DNA from: Phyllobates terribilis
Taxonomy: Eukaryota
NCBI RefSeq assembly: GCF_046119375.1
Contig: NW_027362761.1
Coordinates: 1,150,782,001 to 1,150,846,000 of the forward strand
Reading direction: 5' to 3'
DNA length: 64,000 bases
Shown piece by piece: positions 12,601 through 25,096 of the stretch. Numbering within the stretch: position 1 is the first letter of the stretch; the number at the start of each line of letters is the position of its first letter. Under the pieces are notes generated by a model. That model was not told the origin of the DNA. It saw only the letters and a program-made list of their open reading frames with translations, and did no database searches. The position numbers were made by a program, and so were the translations under genes.

Positions 12601-13500
12601 TAAAGAATGGATGAAGCTCTACATCAGTGAAGACGGTATCCTGTGTCGTAAAGGAGGACAAAATCAGCAGTTGGTACTACCCAGAGTATTCCGTAGGTTG
12701 GTCTTCAAAGAACTCCATGAAAACATGGGACACCTGGGAGCGGAAAGGACAACCAACTTGATCCGTGAACGTTTCTTCTGGCCGTACATGCAGAGAGATA
12801 TTGAGAGGTACGTGACCAGGGAGTGTGGGTGTCTGAAAGATAAACATCCCAATACATCAACCCGGGCACCTGTGGGCAACATCCAAACTACATATCTGTT
12901 TGAGATGGTCTCAATAGACTTTTTACATATCTACGTGCAAGGGTGGTTATGAATGTATATTGATGGTGATGGATCATTTTACTAGATTTGCCCAAGCATA
13001 TGCCACCACCAATAAAGCTAGTCGAACAGCGGCAGAGAAGATCTTCAATGATTTTGCTTTGAGGTTTGGGTTCCCTGTGAAGTTAAACCATGACCAAGGA
13101 AGACAATTTGAGAACCAGCTCTTTGCCAAGCTAGGAAAGTACTGTAGAATTCAGAGTTCCCACACAACGCCCTATCACCCAGAGGGTAATGGACAAGAGA
13201 ACGTTTTAACCAGATATTTTTGTCAATGTTGCACACTTTAACAGCTGACGAGAAGAAAGACTGGAAGAGTTCTCTGTCAAAAATGGTACATGCCTATAAC
13301 TGTACAAAGAGCGATGCAACAGGTTACTCACCCTTCTTCCTATTGTATGGACGATCGCCAAGACTGCCAATTGACATCATGTTCTATACTCCGGTGTCAG
13401 AGACTTACAGAAGGTATCCGGAGTATGTTCGGAAATGGAAGGAACGGATGGCAGAGGCATACAACATAGCGTCCAAAGTGGTTACGCAAGGATAGACCAA
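9690..13500 (+). pseudogene. Gypsy pol (protease, RT, RNase H, integrase) with many stops and frameshifts
   Basis: ALWDTE (decayed DTG protease motif); YSSPIVCVKKKDG, PFGL and YLDD (RT); CDASQVGLGA, LEFLALKWA and YTDNNPL (RNase H); HENMGH...CGC, SIDF and HDQGRQF (integrase). Confidence 0.92.
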
Positions 13501-14588
13501 GAGTAAGGAGTACTATGATCAAAAATGTTATGGCTCAGAATTGGCACCGGGAAGCCGGGTGCTAGTCGAGAATGTACATGAGAAAGGTGGTCCAGGAAAT
13601 CTGATTGGAAAGAGGGGACAAGAAAATCAGAATAGTCCATCAGAATTTATTACTACCCTGTGATTATCTCCCACCACAACAAGACTTCCCAGAAGCAAAC
13701 TGACATCGACAGAGATCGACTAAGAGACCACCACAGATTGAAGCTCCGGTGGTGGATAGTGATCTTGAAAGTTCCGATGAAGAAGAGCACACCGTTGTAT
13801 TTCTCGAACTGACAAGGGTAGGGATGTACCATCCTCAGGAAAGTGAGCTAAGTCCCGAGGCTCCAGAGTTTATACCAAGGAGTACAGATGAAGTCGAATT
13901 CAGATCTGATGATCGAACACAGGTCACTGGAGAGACCGATCGACACTCAGGAAAAGCGGAATTACCAGACCGTGTGGTACCAGGCAATTCCGTAGAAGTA
14001 CAGGAACTTACAGAGGCAGTTCCAGGAGCATTGGAGGAAGCACAGGAAATGAGGATGGCGGAAGAAACTCCTGTGACCAAAGAACCCGTGGTATCTGAGG
14101 AACAACCCACCAGGAGGATGTCGACTCGAGAAGTGAGGAGGCCCGTGATGCTGACGTATGAGACACTTGGTGAACCGAGTCAAGTGCCAAGGACTGTCGA
14201 CTGGAAACAGGTATCTCTGCCTACGGACCAGGTAAGCCCACTGGAGTGGTATTCACCACCGAAAGGGAGTATGGAAGATGTTGCCTGGTGGAAAGACTTG
14301 TTTTCATACTTTGATTTTCCTTAAAAGACTTTGTAGAAACAAAGAACTGTTAAGGCCTAGTGAGAGAGAGAGCTGGTTGAAGACGTACAAAAAGCTCCAG
14401 CTGAAGAGACACTGATTGTGTTAATTGTTTATTTCTTACAGGAGTACTACAAGAAAAAGTTTGTAAAATAGGTTGTTATAAATGTTTATAAATGTTATAC
14501 CAATTTGTATATAAAGTTACTCAACTTTCACCACTGTCTCAGAATTGGTTAGATTGACCAATTAAGATGAATGTCGAGGACGACATTC

Positions 14589-14604
14589 AAAAAGGAGGGA
14601 AGAG
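14589..14604 (+). promoter_or_regulatory. Polypurine tract
   Basis: AAAAAGGAGGGAAGAG immediately before the 3' LTR. Confidence 0.85.
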
Positions 14605-15370
14605 TGTGACATGCAGAAGTAGTGCTGTTGCTTCAGAAGCATTCAGCAACTAGAGGGGTTAACACAGTCACAGGAGACAGGGTTGTGTTTTAACCGAGCC
14701 CCAGGGGGATTTGGGGGAACTTCTTATTGTAGTCTGGCTGAAGCAAGAGAAAGGTAGTGTGTTATCTATATCTGACAGAAGGCAACTAAACAGGATTCAG
14801 ATCAGGAGAGAAATTAAACACAGGTCAGAAACTCCCTGAACTAACAGTGCAGAGTATTATTGGGCAGGAAGATAAGGACTGGAAGGAATTGTGCCACAGG
14901 GATCATCTCCCTCATCAAACACCCCCCCTCCATCTCCATGCAGTATAAAGAATGCTGTGTACTATTGTGTCCTAGTGACGGAAAAGCCTGTGGTTGTGTA
15001 TACATAGAAGTGTGCTGCTAAGAGATCTAATCTATGCTGAATTATGCTACTGAAGAGACAGTAATACTGTGCCTTGTGAAGAAACTACTGTATTGTTACT
15101 GAAGGCGGTTGCTCAAGAAACTCAGACTGTACTGTAATGAAGATTGTGCTGTAATATCCCTGAATTGCACTGGCCGTGCTTCAGATTAAATTCCACTGTT
15201 AAACTGTTGAAAAAGACTCTTGTCACATGTGTCTCGTCAGCAATTGAATCTATCTTGTGCTTGAGAGAAGCTGGAGCCTATGGTCGCCCTGAGTAACGGT
15301 TCCCCCAGGATTCCAAAGAATTCATGAAACCTGTCTCGTCCTATCTGAACCTAGCAGCTTGCATGTATCA
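14605..15370 (+). repeat. Gypsy 3' LTR (766 bp)
   Basis: TGTGACATG...GCATGTATCA; direct repeat of 4778-5545. Confidence 0.95.
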
Positions 15371-15620
15371 ATTAATGTTAGAGGGGGCAATACACGGTAT
15401 TAAGAACTGGAGTATGTGAACTTTTGATCAGGGTCATTTGAATGTTTTTGGTTGTCATTAACATTTAAAAAGAGAAAACACAGTAGTTTGACAATAAATG
15501 GCTTCACCCAACTAATAACCATGAGTGGAGAAAATTTTTTTTGTTATCATTCATATTCTCTGAAACAAGGCCGAGAAAGGAAAAATTCTGCCAGGGTATG
15601 TAAATTTTTGAGCACAACTG

Positions 15621-15950
15621 TAACTGCGAGGATTAAGGATGGTCAATATGTGGTGATCTGAACGTTCTCTCTTTGCACCTTAGGTAGCAATGAGGATAAA
15701 CAAAGTACCCATGCTTTTTGTGTGAATGGAACAGCCGGGAAAGGACTCATCACTGGAGCCAAAAAAGTTGGCCAACAAGAACATCTTTGCAACCTGAACT
15801 CAATAACATAGTTGCAGAAAGTTTAGTTGATGCCATTAAAGTTCTCCTGCCACCACTCCACATTGAGCTTGGACTGATGAAGCAGATTGTGAAAGCTCTA
15901 CTGAAAGACTTTTAAGTACCTGTATACCAAGTTTCACCAAGTGTAAATTG
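15621..15950 (+). pseudogene. DNA transposase remnant, part 2 (probably Chapaev3/CMC group)
   Basis: Reads WSICGDLNV...TKYPCFLCEWNSRE...LLPPLHIELGLMKQIVKAL with stops. The GDL..CxxC..LH layout resembles CMC/Transib/RAG1-type catalytic cores. Confidence 0.65.
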
Positions 15951-16090
15951 AATTGGTGACCCACTGTAGATAAAACTGTAGAATTAACTCCACTAGTGTC
16001 TTCAGTGGTCACATTCGCATAGTGATGTTTTCTGTGCAATGTTTCTTCATTAACACCTGTCCTGTCATTATCTTTGGATTCCGTGTCTAG

Positions 16091-16227
16091 GTGGCGTAGG
16101 TCTGTTTGCAGTAACCACAATAGTGATGCATGCTCTGAAGCTCGGCTACTTTATTGGATACATAGAATGCATGTCGATAATTGAAGGAATATACCCGGTC
16201 ACCCACATTATTCACACAGTTTTCCAG
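16091..16227 (+). CDS. otop1: Otopetrin-1-like proton channel, exon 2 (137 bp)
   Basis: TCTAG|GT GGC...TTC CAG|GTAGGC; encodes xGVGLFAVTTIVMHALKLGYFIGYIECMSIIEGIYPVTHIIHTVFQ, matching OTOP1 LFAV...LKIGYFIG..EC...EG..PVTH..HT..Q. Phase 1 to phase 0. Confidence 0.93.
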
Positions 16228-16511
16228 GTAGGCATTAAGAAGATAAATCACTGGGTTTTCCCTGCTCTGTTAAATCATGTCCAGAAACTGATGCTCCAGT
16301 GTGTGATGCAAGTAGAAAAACTATTCTGTTCATAGCAAAATTCCAATTCTAACAATTTGACCTATTTTTGTACTTATGGTAAATTGTTCATGTTTGCTAG
16401 ATGATAAAACAAAGAGTCACTTCTATATATATAGGATAAGAATTTATATGGAGTTTATAGGATAAGTATTTATGCTTCATTTACGCTTTGGTGGCGCTGT
16501 AGGAAAATTAA

Positions 16512-17042
16512 AGGGAACCTTTCAGGTTTCAACCGCTACTATAGTATCTGGCTTCTTTAATCTGATAGGGAGTTTTATGTTGATTGCTAATATTGCAATG
16601 TTTGAAAAATGAACTTTTATCCGACAATATCACATATGGTAATGAGGCAGGACTAATTCAGTAGTGCGTCTCTTACCCCAGGCTAGTTCTGCCTTGGATC
16701 TTCTAATCATGCCTCCCTGGGCATGAGTAAGCCTGAATATAATTCCCATTATAGCAGTACCGATATACATGCTGTCAATCACACCCAGGGAGGTGTGATT
16801 AGAGGAGCCAAGACAGGACATTATCCTTCAAACACTTTCTTCTGTTCACACATAAGTATCACTGTACACAGCTGGCTGCAGAATGAGTTACCAGTGAATC
16901 CGACAGCTAGCTCGTCCGGCAGAGTATGTATCCCTAGCTCTCTTCTGTTGCACTTGCTGACTATTACAACCTTGCTGTGGTCATACATCAGTTGAAAATA
17001 ATTTTAAACTGCCGTCAGAAGAGCTCACTGACGGATTCACTG
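16512..17042. mobile_element. TTAA-flanked Kolobok/T2-type MITE relic(s)
   Basis: TTAA+AGGGAACC at the left and ...GATTCACTG+TTAA at the right. An inner TIR pair CAGTGAATCCGACAG / CTGACGGATTCACTG spans ~16893-17042. Confidence 0.4.
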
Positions 17043-17227
17043 TTAACTCTTTCTGCAAACTGCTATGTACTGTGATACAAAGAGTCTGCAGAGGCAAAAA
17101 AGTCCCAACATTTTAATGAAAATTTTTGCAAAAATGATACATACTGTACATTTGAGTATAGAAAATGCCCCATAAAATGTTTGATTTTTTTTAAAAAATG
17201 AAACCCTATTGTAGAAATGATTTTTAG

Positions 17228-17527
17228 TAGTGTTGAGCGAGTATGTTCTATTAACCCTTTCGCCGAGTATGCTCGGGCCGAGCTCCGAGTATTTATAGCT
17301 GCTCGGTGATATGGTTGAATCGCTCCCGTGTGCATGATTTGCGACTGTTTGACAGTTTTATTACATGGGAGGAATGTCTATTTCTTACACATTCCTCACA
17401 TGTAATAAAGCTGTCAAACAGTTGCAAATCATGTACACGGGAGCGATTCAACCATAACACCGAGCAGCTATAAATACTCGGAGCTCGGCCCGAGCATACT
17501 CGGACAGAACATACTCGCTCAACACTA
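17228..17527. mobile_element. 300-bp fold-back hAT MITE
   Basis: Ends TAGTGTTGAGCGAG...CTCGCTCAACACTA; nearly the whole element is an inverted repeat. Perfect 8-bp TSD ATTTTTAG. Confidence 0.93.
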
Positions 17528-17647
17528 ATTTTTAGCCAAAAATGTATGCATTTGAGTAAAAAAAAAATACAAAAGATATCCTTTAAGAGAGCAGCCTAAG
17601 GATTGGGGTCACACGAATGTTTTTGTCTCATCTGAGAAGTCCATTGC

Positions 17648-17841
17648 AATGTTCGGAGTTCCAGGGAAAGTCCATTGCAGAGAGAGAGATTTTCCAGTAC
17701 AGAAGTTCGGGTCCCATTGTTTTCAATGGGGCTTGGGTTCTGGTTCAAGTTTGGGTACAGTTTTGGTACCCGAACTGAACTTTTGAATAAAGTTTGGGTC
17801 GTGTTCCAAAACTCGAACTTCTACGGGTACGCTCATCTCTA
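17648..17841. mobile_element. hAT MITE fragment (one end), same family as 32397-32655
   Basis: Ends ...CGCTCATCTCTA. The internal GTTCGG/CCGAAC repeats and CATTGTTTTCAATGGG are the reverse complement of the 32.4-kb copy. Confidence 0.7.
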
Positions 17842-19349
17842 CCTAACATAGCACTAGAAGTGATAAGTTAATAGTGTGGTATATTATTATCAAGAATTAT
17901 TATTATTTAAATAACTAAAATATTATAATAAAACATAATAATAAATAGAATATAAAGAAAGTATCAATTAATGTAAAATAAGAAATTTGTGTATAAAAAT
18001 GTAATATAAAAATGTCAAAATATTCAATGAAATAGAACCCATCAGGAGCATTATACTACTACTAGTGGTATGGCTATATAGTCCGTTGTCCAACAATAAA
18101 AAAATATACTATTTTTTGTAGAAATCTGAAGTGTCAGCAGTAAAAGTGCATGGACACGCCCCCAGTGCACTTCTAACCTTATTTGCATTACCTCTACAAC
18201 TACATTTCTGGGACTTCAGATTTGTCCAAGAAAAGTTATCATTTTGACTAAGGACCATGTACAGTGTAGGTCCGAAACATGTTGCCTGGGAGCACAGCGG
18301 ATATTTCTTTTTTGCCTTTTTAATTGTTATACTATTGTGTTCAACCATTTTTGTGTGCCTTTTATACTATGTGAGTACCGGCTATCGTTTGGACTGTTGC
18401 TATCATTTTTATAGCTGGACGTTAAGAGCCACACCAGTAGTTCCATGAGTATTATTCTGACATTCTCTTTACTCCATGTTTTCTTTACGGTATGTTGTAT
18501 TCTACAAACATACGACGTTCATCCTTCCAAAAAAGGCTATTCATGCTGATCAGTTTCCCTCTTCCCTTCATTTCCATCTCTGCCTCGGGCCACTATATAC
18601 TTGAGAGCGGTTTTTCGATACCACTCATAAACATACTACATTTAGAAACTAATTTTCCCATATCATATAACAAATGATCTCTATATATAAATTCAAAGGT
18701 TCTTATGATACATATGCCCGAACACGGCTGAGCTACTTAGGGCTGTACGAGGTGGGATCAGCTCTGTGAAAGTTGTTCATTTGCAATTCCGATCCTTTAT
18801 ATGTGATTATATTTCACTTGAAACACAATTACATTGGCGAGACAATGATTGTACAGATTTCAATGCCTTTTCTATCTATAGACTCAGCGCTTTCCTTCTG
18901 TAAGGAGGAGATGCTTGGAATAATAGAGAAAAGGGAATCTGTTGTAATACTAAACTTTTGAATAGGAAAGACTAAGTCGGACAAAAGACTTTAAAGTGCA
19001 TTACTGACATAGATGCTGACATCACTCTATACTTTAAAGGGAAACATCTTTATATCATTATATTTCATTATTATTCATGTTAAACGAGTTGTCTGGTCAA
19101 AACAACTCATCACCTGTCCATAAGATAAATGATAACTTGTTGGTGGGTGACCGACCGCTGGGACCTATGTTAATTGGCAGAACGGGGAACATTTATCCAT
19201 GTTAGAATAGATCAGTAGAGCAAATGTTCAACCGCTGCTACATTAATTCCCTATGTTGCTGCTGCAGTGTCGGACTTGGGTGGCAACGGCCCACCAGTAA
19301 CATTGACTTGGGGGCCCACTGTTCTGCTTCATGCAAATATTATATTTTT

Positions 19350-19479
19350 TATGTGGAAACCCACATAAACACTGGGAAAGCATACAAACTCCTTGTAGAT
19401 GTTGTCCTTGGTGGGATTTGAAACCAGGACCCCAGCGCTGCAAGGCTGCAGTGTTAACCACTGAGCCACCGTGCTGCCC
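19350..19479 (-). mobile_element. tRNA-derived V-SINE-type element (5' part)
   Basis: Minus strand reads GGGCAGCACGGTGGCTCAGTGGTTAACAC (A box)...GGTTTCAAATCC (B box)...GGAGTTTGTATG...TGGGTTTCC (V-SINE-like core). Confidence 0.8.
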
Positions 19480-20735
19480 TCATTATATTACCCTCTTTCA
19501 CAAATTTACTTTTGCTTCTACAGTATATAAAAATAAACTAGGTCGTTTGTTGAATGAATGATGAAATCCTGCTCATGTTCGGAGTAAGTGACTTACTCTC
19601 GCATAGGGGCCCACAGGAGGTTTCCCCTGTTCTCCTGTGGGCCAGTCCAAGTGATGTGCTCAGCTTTTTCCAGCAGCCCCCATTTAGAAAGAATGGAATG
19701 GTGGTTGTGCATCCAATCTGCCAAATCATGGTCATTGGTGGGATACCCACAGATCAGTAAGTTATCACGTATCCTGCAGGTAGGTGATAAGTCATTTTCA
19801 CTAGACAGCCCCTTTAACACTTTTCTGATCTTAGATGTATCCATATGTCCACATGGCCTGGTACTTACCGACCGTGGAAGTATGGATACGTCTAGGCGAT
19901 TTTGCGTGCACAGAGGCTGTGTGCATGTGATGGCCATCGGGTGTCAGCTGATTCTGACAGCTGACACCCGGCACTCAGTGCCAGGAGCAGTGCCAGCACC
20001 ACTTCTGGCACTTTTACCCCCTAAATGCTGCTATTGCTGCGATTGCAGCATTTAGCGAGCAGGCAGAGGGACAAAAGCCCCTCTGCTCTTGGATCGGAGA
20101 CCCCGCGACCCATGCGCAGTGCATGATCTAACTAACTAACTAACTTGTATCTGCAGCACTCACTAGTTATAAAGTATAGCAGTGATCCTGCATCGCTATA
20201 CCTTATAACTGCGATGAGATTGCAGAAAGTGAATGTCTCACAGTGGGACTAAGTGAAAAAAAAAAAGGGAAAAAAGTTGTAAAAATATAAAACAAAAAAT
20301 CACAAAATAATAAAAAAAAAATATTGTACCCATAAATAAATATTTTTTTAAAAAAAATTAACAATAAAAGTACACATATTTGGTATCGCTGCATCCGGAA
20401 GGACCGGACCTATAAAACTGTCCCGCTAGTTAACCTCTTTAGTGAACACCATAAAAAACGACGCAAAAACTATGATATATCATCATACTGGCAAACAAAA
20501 AGGTGAATGTAAATTAAAATTGTCATCTTGTCTCTCAAAAGCTGCCATACAGCTCCATCAGCGGAAAAATAAAAAAAGTTTAGCTTTCAGAAGAAGGCGA
20601 TGCAAAAATATTTTTTTTTCTACAAAATAGTTTTTGTATTTGTGTAAAAGCGCCAAAACATAAAAAACTATATATATAAACTATATAAATTTTTTAAGCT
20701 TTTTTCACTGTTTTCAGAACATTAACAATAAGAAC

Positions 20736-21697
20736 ATGGAAGAGTCCAGGAGCCATTTGGTGAGCTGCATATCCTGCTACATGTTCACAGACTTGCCAGT
20801 GGAAAAGCAAAACTTCACATGCCAGAAATGCAGCTTGTGTCCCTGTTGGAGGAAAAGTTGCGAAATCTAGAAGAGAGGTTAACTACCTTGAAAATCATTA
20901 AGGAAGGTGAAGAGTTCTCAGACAGAGCAGAATTATCTCTTCATGATTCAGAAAGAGAAGAAATTCGAACTGCACCTGACGAAACAGAGGAATGGAAGCA
21001 TGTGACCCACAGAAGCAGGAGGATCGAGAGGCAGTCAGCACCCATACTGCTCAGGAACCAGTACCAGGCTCTCACGCAGGAGAACCATGAAGAAATACAG
21101 CAAAATAAGACTTTGCCAGCAATGAATAACCTTGTAAGCCCTCAGAATCCTCCTGGATGGAGAAAGAAGAATGTTGTGAAGAAAAAACGGAGAGTGGTGG
21201 TCATGGGGGATTCCCTGTTAAGAGGAACAGAGGCCGCTATCTGCAGACCAGACATAACCTCAAGAGAAATGTGCTGTCTTCCAGGAGCAAAAATTAAAGA
21301 TGTGTCTGACAGGATATCAAGACTCTTCAGACCTACAGATCACTACCCATTCCTGCTAATACATGTGGGGACAAATGACACCGCAGGAAAGGACCTGGAA
21401 ACCATCTGCAGTGACTTTGAAGACTTAGGCAAGAAAGTGAAAGAATTGGGAGCGCAGGTGGTCTTCTCATCCATCCTCCCAGTGGATGGCCATGGAACAA
21501 TGAGGTGGAATAAGATTCTACAGGTGAACAACTGGCTACGTCGATGGTGCCGTCAACAAGGATTTGGATTTCTGGATCACGGAATGAATTACCTATACGA
21601 TGGACTACTTGCTAGAGATGGGGTGCACCTTACAAAGACTGGAAAACATGTATTTGGAAGTCGCCTTGCTACACTCATCAGAAGAGCTTTAAACTAG
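20736..21697 (+). pseudogene. CR1 ORF1 (zinc finger + SGNH/esterase-like domain), one frameshift
   Basis: MEESRSHLVSCISC...FTCQKC (CxxC..CxxC), then a frameshift into the 20819-21697 frame with VMGDS, HVGTND and DGVHL. Confidence 0.85.
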
Positions 21698-21819
21698 AAC
21701 AATGTGGGAAGGGAAGCAAAAGGCCAGAAAAAGCCATACAGCTGACAAATACTATTGAGATCTCTGCTACTGGAAGTGGAAAAGAAGAACAAAGACAAAA
21801 AAATCTAAATAATAAAAAT

Positions 21820-24607
21820 ATGGGAGGAAGAGAAACCAATCACAAACTAAAATGTTTTTATACAAATGCACAAAGCATGGGCAACAAACAAGGAGAATTG
21901 GAACTACTAATGCAGGAAAAGGAATATGATGTCATTGGAATCACTGAAACTTGGTGGGACGATACACATGATTGGAATAAAAGGCTAAAAGGATACAACT
22001 TATTTGCAAGAAACAGACTTGATAAACGAGGAGGAGGTGTTGCATTGTATGTTAGAAAAGCGTATATTGCACAGAGATTGAAGCTTCAGAGACTGGGAGT
22101 TCTGTGGAAACTGTTTGGGTAAGAATACAAGGAGAGAACAACGGAAAGGACACCATTGTAGGCATTTACTACAGGCCACCTGGGCAAGCTGAAGATATGG
22201 ATGAACTCTTTATGTATCAAATGACCAAGTTCTCCAAAAAATATGACGTAGTGGTCATGGGAGATTTCAACTATCCAGACATTTGTTGGGAATCTCTCTC
22301 AAGTAAAACTAACAGGTCAAGCAAATTCTTATCCTCTCTTGCTGACAACTTTATCTTCCAAAAGGTAGGGGAGAAAACAAGGGGATCTGCTACTTTGGAT
22401 CTAATCCTTATAAACAGGGAGGAAATGGTTGAGGAGGTAAAGGTGGCTGGGACCCTAGGAGGCAGCGATCATGCTATTATAGAATTTTGGATAACTAGAG
22501 GAGGAAGACATGTGAAGACTCAAACTTCAAGGTTAGATTTTAGAAAGGCAGATTTTAAGAGACTCAGAAAGAGAATAGGAGGGATCCAATGGCTGGATGT
22601 CCTTAAGGACAAAAATGTCCAGGAAGGATGGGAAATTTTTAAAAATGAGATTCTCAAAGCACAATCGTTAACAATCCCGAAAAGTAGGAAGAATGGGAAG
22701 CATTTAAGGAAACCAGGATGGATGAACACAGAACTTAAACACATGCTAAAAAGAAAGAAAGAAATGTTTATTAAATGGAAAGAGGGAGGCATATCTAAAG
22801 AAGATTATAATGCAGTCTGCAGATCCTGTAGGGCACGTATCAGGTTAGCTAAAGCTGACAATGAATTAAGGCTTGCAAGAGATGTCAAAAGCAATAAAAA
22901 AGGATTTTGGGGGTATGTCAAAAGTAAAAGAAAAGTCAAAGATGCTATAGGATTTTTACAGGATGAAAATGGAGAAATGGTAAGAGAGGATGTTGAGAAG
23001 GCCGAACTTTTTAATTCCTATTTTGCATCAGTTTTCTCTCAGAAAGAAAATGTAACATCAACTGATCTTCACTGTCCTTTTAAAGGAATAGAGGAATCCA
23101 AGTTATCTGTAAACAGAAAGATTGTGAGGGAATATTTAGCTAACATAAATGAGTTCAAGTCTCCAGGTCCAGATGAATTACACCCCAGAGTACTGAAGGA
23201 GATCGTAGAAGAAATTTTAGAACCACTCTCCATAATCTTTGAAAATTCTTGGAGAACAGGAGAAGTCCCAGAAGACTGGAGAAGAGCAAATGTTGTTCCT
23301 ATCTTCAAAAAGGGGAAGAAGGTGGACCCAGGGAACTATAGGCCGGTGAGTCTGACTTCTATACCAGGAAAGATCTTTGAACAAATTATTAAACAACATG
23401 TATGTAAGTACATGGATAAGAATGAAGTGATTAATCAGAGTCAGCATGGGTTTGTAACTAACAAGTCATGTCAGACTAACTTAATTTCCTTCTATGACAG
23501 AATCACTGACTGGGTGGATCAGGGAAATGCTGTAGATATAGTATATCTTGACTTCAGCAAAGCATTTGACAAAGTATCTCACACCATCCTTATTGAAAAA
23601 ATGACCAAGTATGCAATGGACCAGGCAACTGTTAGGTGGATTCATAACTGGCTTAGTGATCGGACTCAAAGGGTGGTTGTAAATGGCTTCACATCCAGCT
23701 GGATGAATGTCTCAAGTGGGGTACCACAGGGCTCCGTCCTGGGACCTGTATTGTTCAACATCTTTATCAATGATTTAGATGAAGGAATTGAGGGTAAACT
23801 GATTAAATTTGCTGATGACACAAAGCTAGGAGGGATAGCTAATACTAGAGAAGAGAGAGAGAGGATTCAAAAAGACCTAAATAAACTGGAGCAGTGGGCA
23901 GCAACCAACAGAATGGTTTTAACAGGGAAAAATGCAAAGTACTACATCTGGGCAATAAAAATGAAAAAAGCATATACAGAATGGGAGGAATAGAGCTAAG
24001 CAACAGCACATGTGAAAAAGACTTAGGTATACTAATAGATCATAGACTGAACATGAGTCAACAGTGTGATGCAGCAGCAAAAAAGGCAAATACAATTCTG
24101 GGATGTATTAACAGAAGCATACAGTCTAGATCACGTGAAGTCATTATCGGTCTTTACTCCTCTTTGGTCAGACCTCATCTGGAATACTGTGTACAGTTTT
24201 GGGCACCACATTTTAAAAAAGACATAGACAAACTGGAGCAAGTTCAGAGAAGAGCGACCAGAATGGTGACTGGTCTGCAAACCATGTCCTATGAGGAACG
24301 GTTGCAGGATTTGGGAATGTTTAGCTTGCAAAAAAGAAGACTGAGAGGAGACTTAATAGCTGTCTACAAATATGTCAAGGGCTGTCACATTGTAGAAGGA
24401 TCATCTTTATTTTCATTTGCACAAGGAAAGACTAGAAGCAATGGGATGAAACTAAATGGGAGGAGACACAGATTAGATATTAGAAAAAACTTTTTGACAG
24501 TTAGGGTGATTAATGAGTGGAACAGGCTGCCACGAGAGGTGGTGAGTTCCCCTTCAATGGACGTCTTCAAACAGAGGCTGGACAGACATCTGTCTGAGAT
24601 GATCTAG
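21820..24607 (+). pseudogene. CR1 ORF2 (APE endonuclease + reverse transcriptase), two frameshifts
   Basis: YTNAQS, GITETW, MGDFN, SDH, DFSKAFD, PQGSVLGP and FADD. Frameshifts near 22075 and at a T-run near 23927 (4 T here versus 5 T in the minus copy). Confidence 0.92.
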
Positions 24608-24970
24608 TGAATCCTGCTTTGAGCAGGGGGTTGGACCAGATGACCCAGGAGGTCCCTTCCAACTCTACCATTCTATGATTCTATGATTCTATGATTCTAT
24701 GGTATCGCTGTAATCGTACTGACCCGAAGAATAAAGCTGCCTTACCAATTTTACCACATGCGGAACGGCATAAAAAAAAAACCTAAAAACAATTCCTGAA
24801 TTGTTGGTTTTTGTTTATTCTGCCTCACAAAAATCAGAATAGAAAGCGATAAAAAAATGTGATGTGCCCGGAAATGGTGCCAATAAAAATGTCAACTTGT
24901 CCCTTAAAAGCCCTTACATGACTCTGTCGGCCGAAATATGTAAAAACTACAGCTCTCAAGATATGATGAT

Positions 24971-25096
24971 GTTATCTGCGTGACAGCTTGGCAAATCAGT
25001 GATGTTCATGGACGGAGACGATTTTTTGGCGCAAACAAGCCGGAACCCCGTACACGAACACGAATTTGAAATGCCGAACAAATTTGCTCCACACTA
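24971..25096. mobile_element. 126-bp hAT remnant with one recognisable terminus
   Basis: Flanked by ATGATGAT at 24963-24970 and 25097-25104. Right end ...GCTCCACACTA; the left end lacks a TIR. Confidence 0.5.

Larger units (their letters stand above)
4778..15370 (+). mobile_element. Full-length, decayed Ty3/Gypsy LTR retrotransposon
   Basis: Two TG...CA LTRs, PBS, PPT, and gag-PR-RT-RH-IN order. 4-bp TSD ATTG (4774-4777) / ATTA (15371-15374). Confidence 0.95.
3381..15620 (+). mobile_element. Tc1 (DD34E, IR/DR type) element, ~1.65 kb, split by a Gypsy insertion
   Basis: ~210-bp TIRs starting CAGTTGTGCTCAAAAGTTTACATACCCC, with internal direct repeats; TA at 3379-3380 and 15621-15622. Decayed transposase from ATG 3784 with WSDETK, QHDNDPKH and SPDLNIIE (34 residues between D and E). 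The last codons (..VRGGNTRY*) lie at 15371-15403, after the LTR element. Confidence 0.95.
20692..24700 (+). mobile_element. Near-full-length CR1 LINE (~4.0 kb)
   Basis: ORF1 and ORF2 followed by a 3' UTR ending in (TTCTATGA)n. Inserted between ...CTATATAAATT and GGTATCGCTG of the host repeat. Confidence 0.96.

Noticed and set aside
13500-14324. Possible env or extra ORF after the Gypsy integrase
   Set aside because: Acidic low-complexity sequence without signal peptide, transmembrane helix or furin site; best read as the frameshifted integrase C-terminal extension common in vertebrate Gypsy elements.
1-16090. Search for otop1 exon 1
   Set aside because: No segment encoding QKLAE..SSQYG or DTHAG..WLR was recognised. 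ORF 858-1166 lacks these motifs, so exon 1 is presumed upstream of the window.
19350-19479. tRNA gene (A and B boxes present)
   Set aside because: It continues into a SINE core, recurs as a deleted copy at 33.1 kb, and shows no complete cloverleaf.
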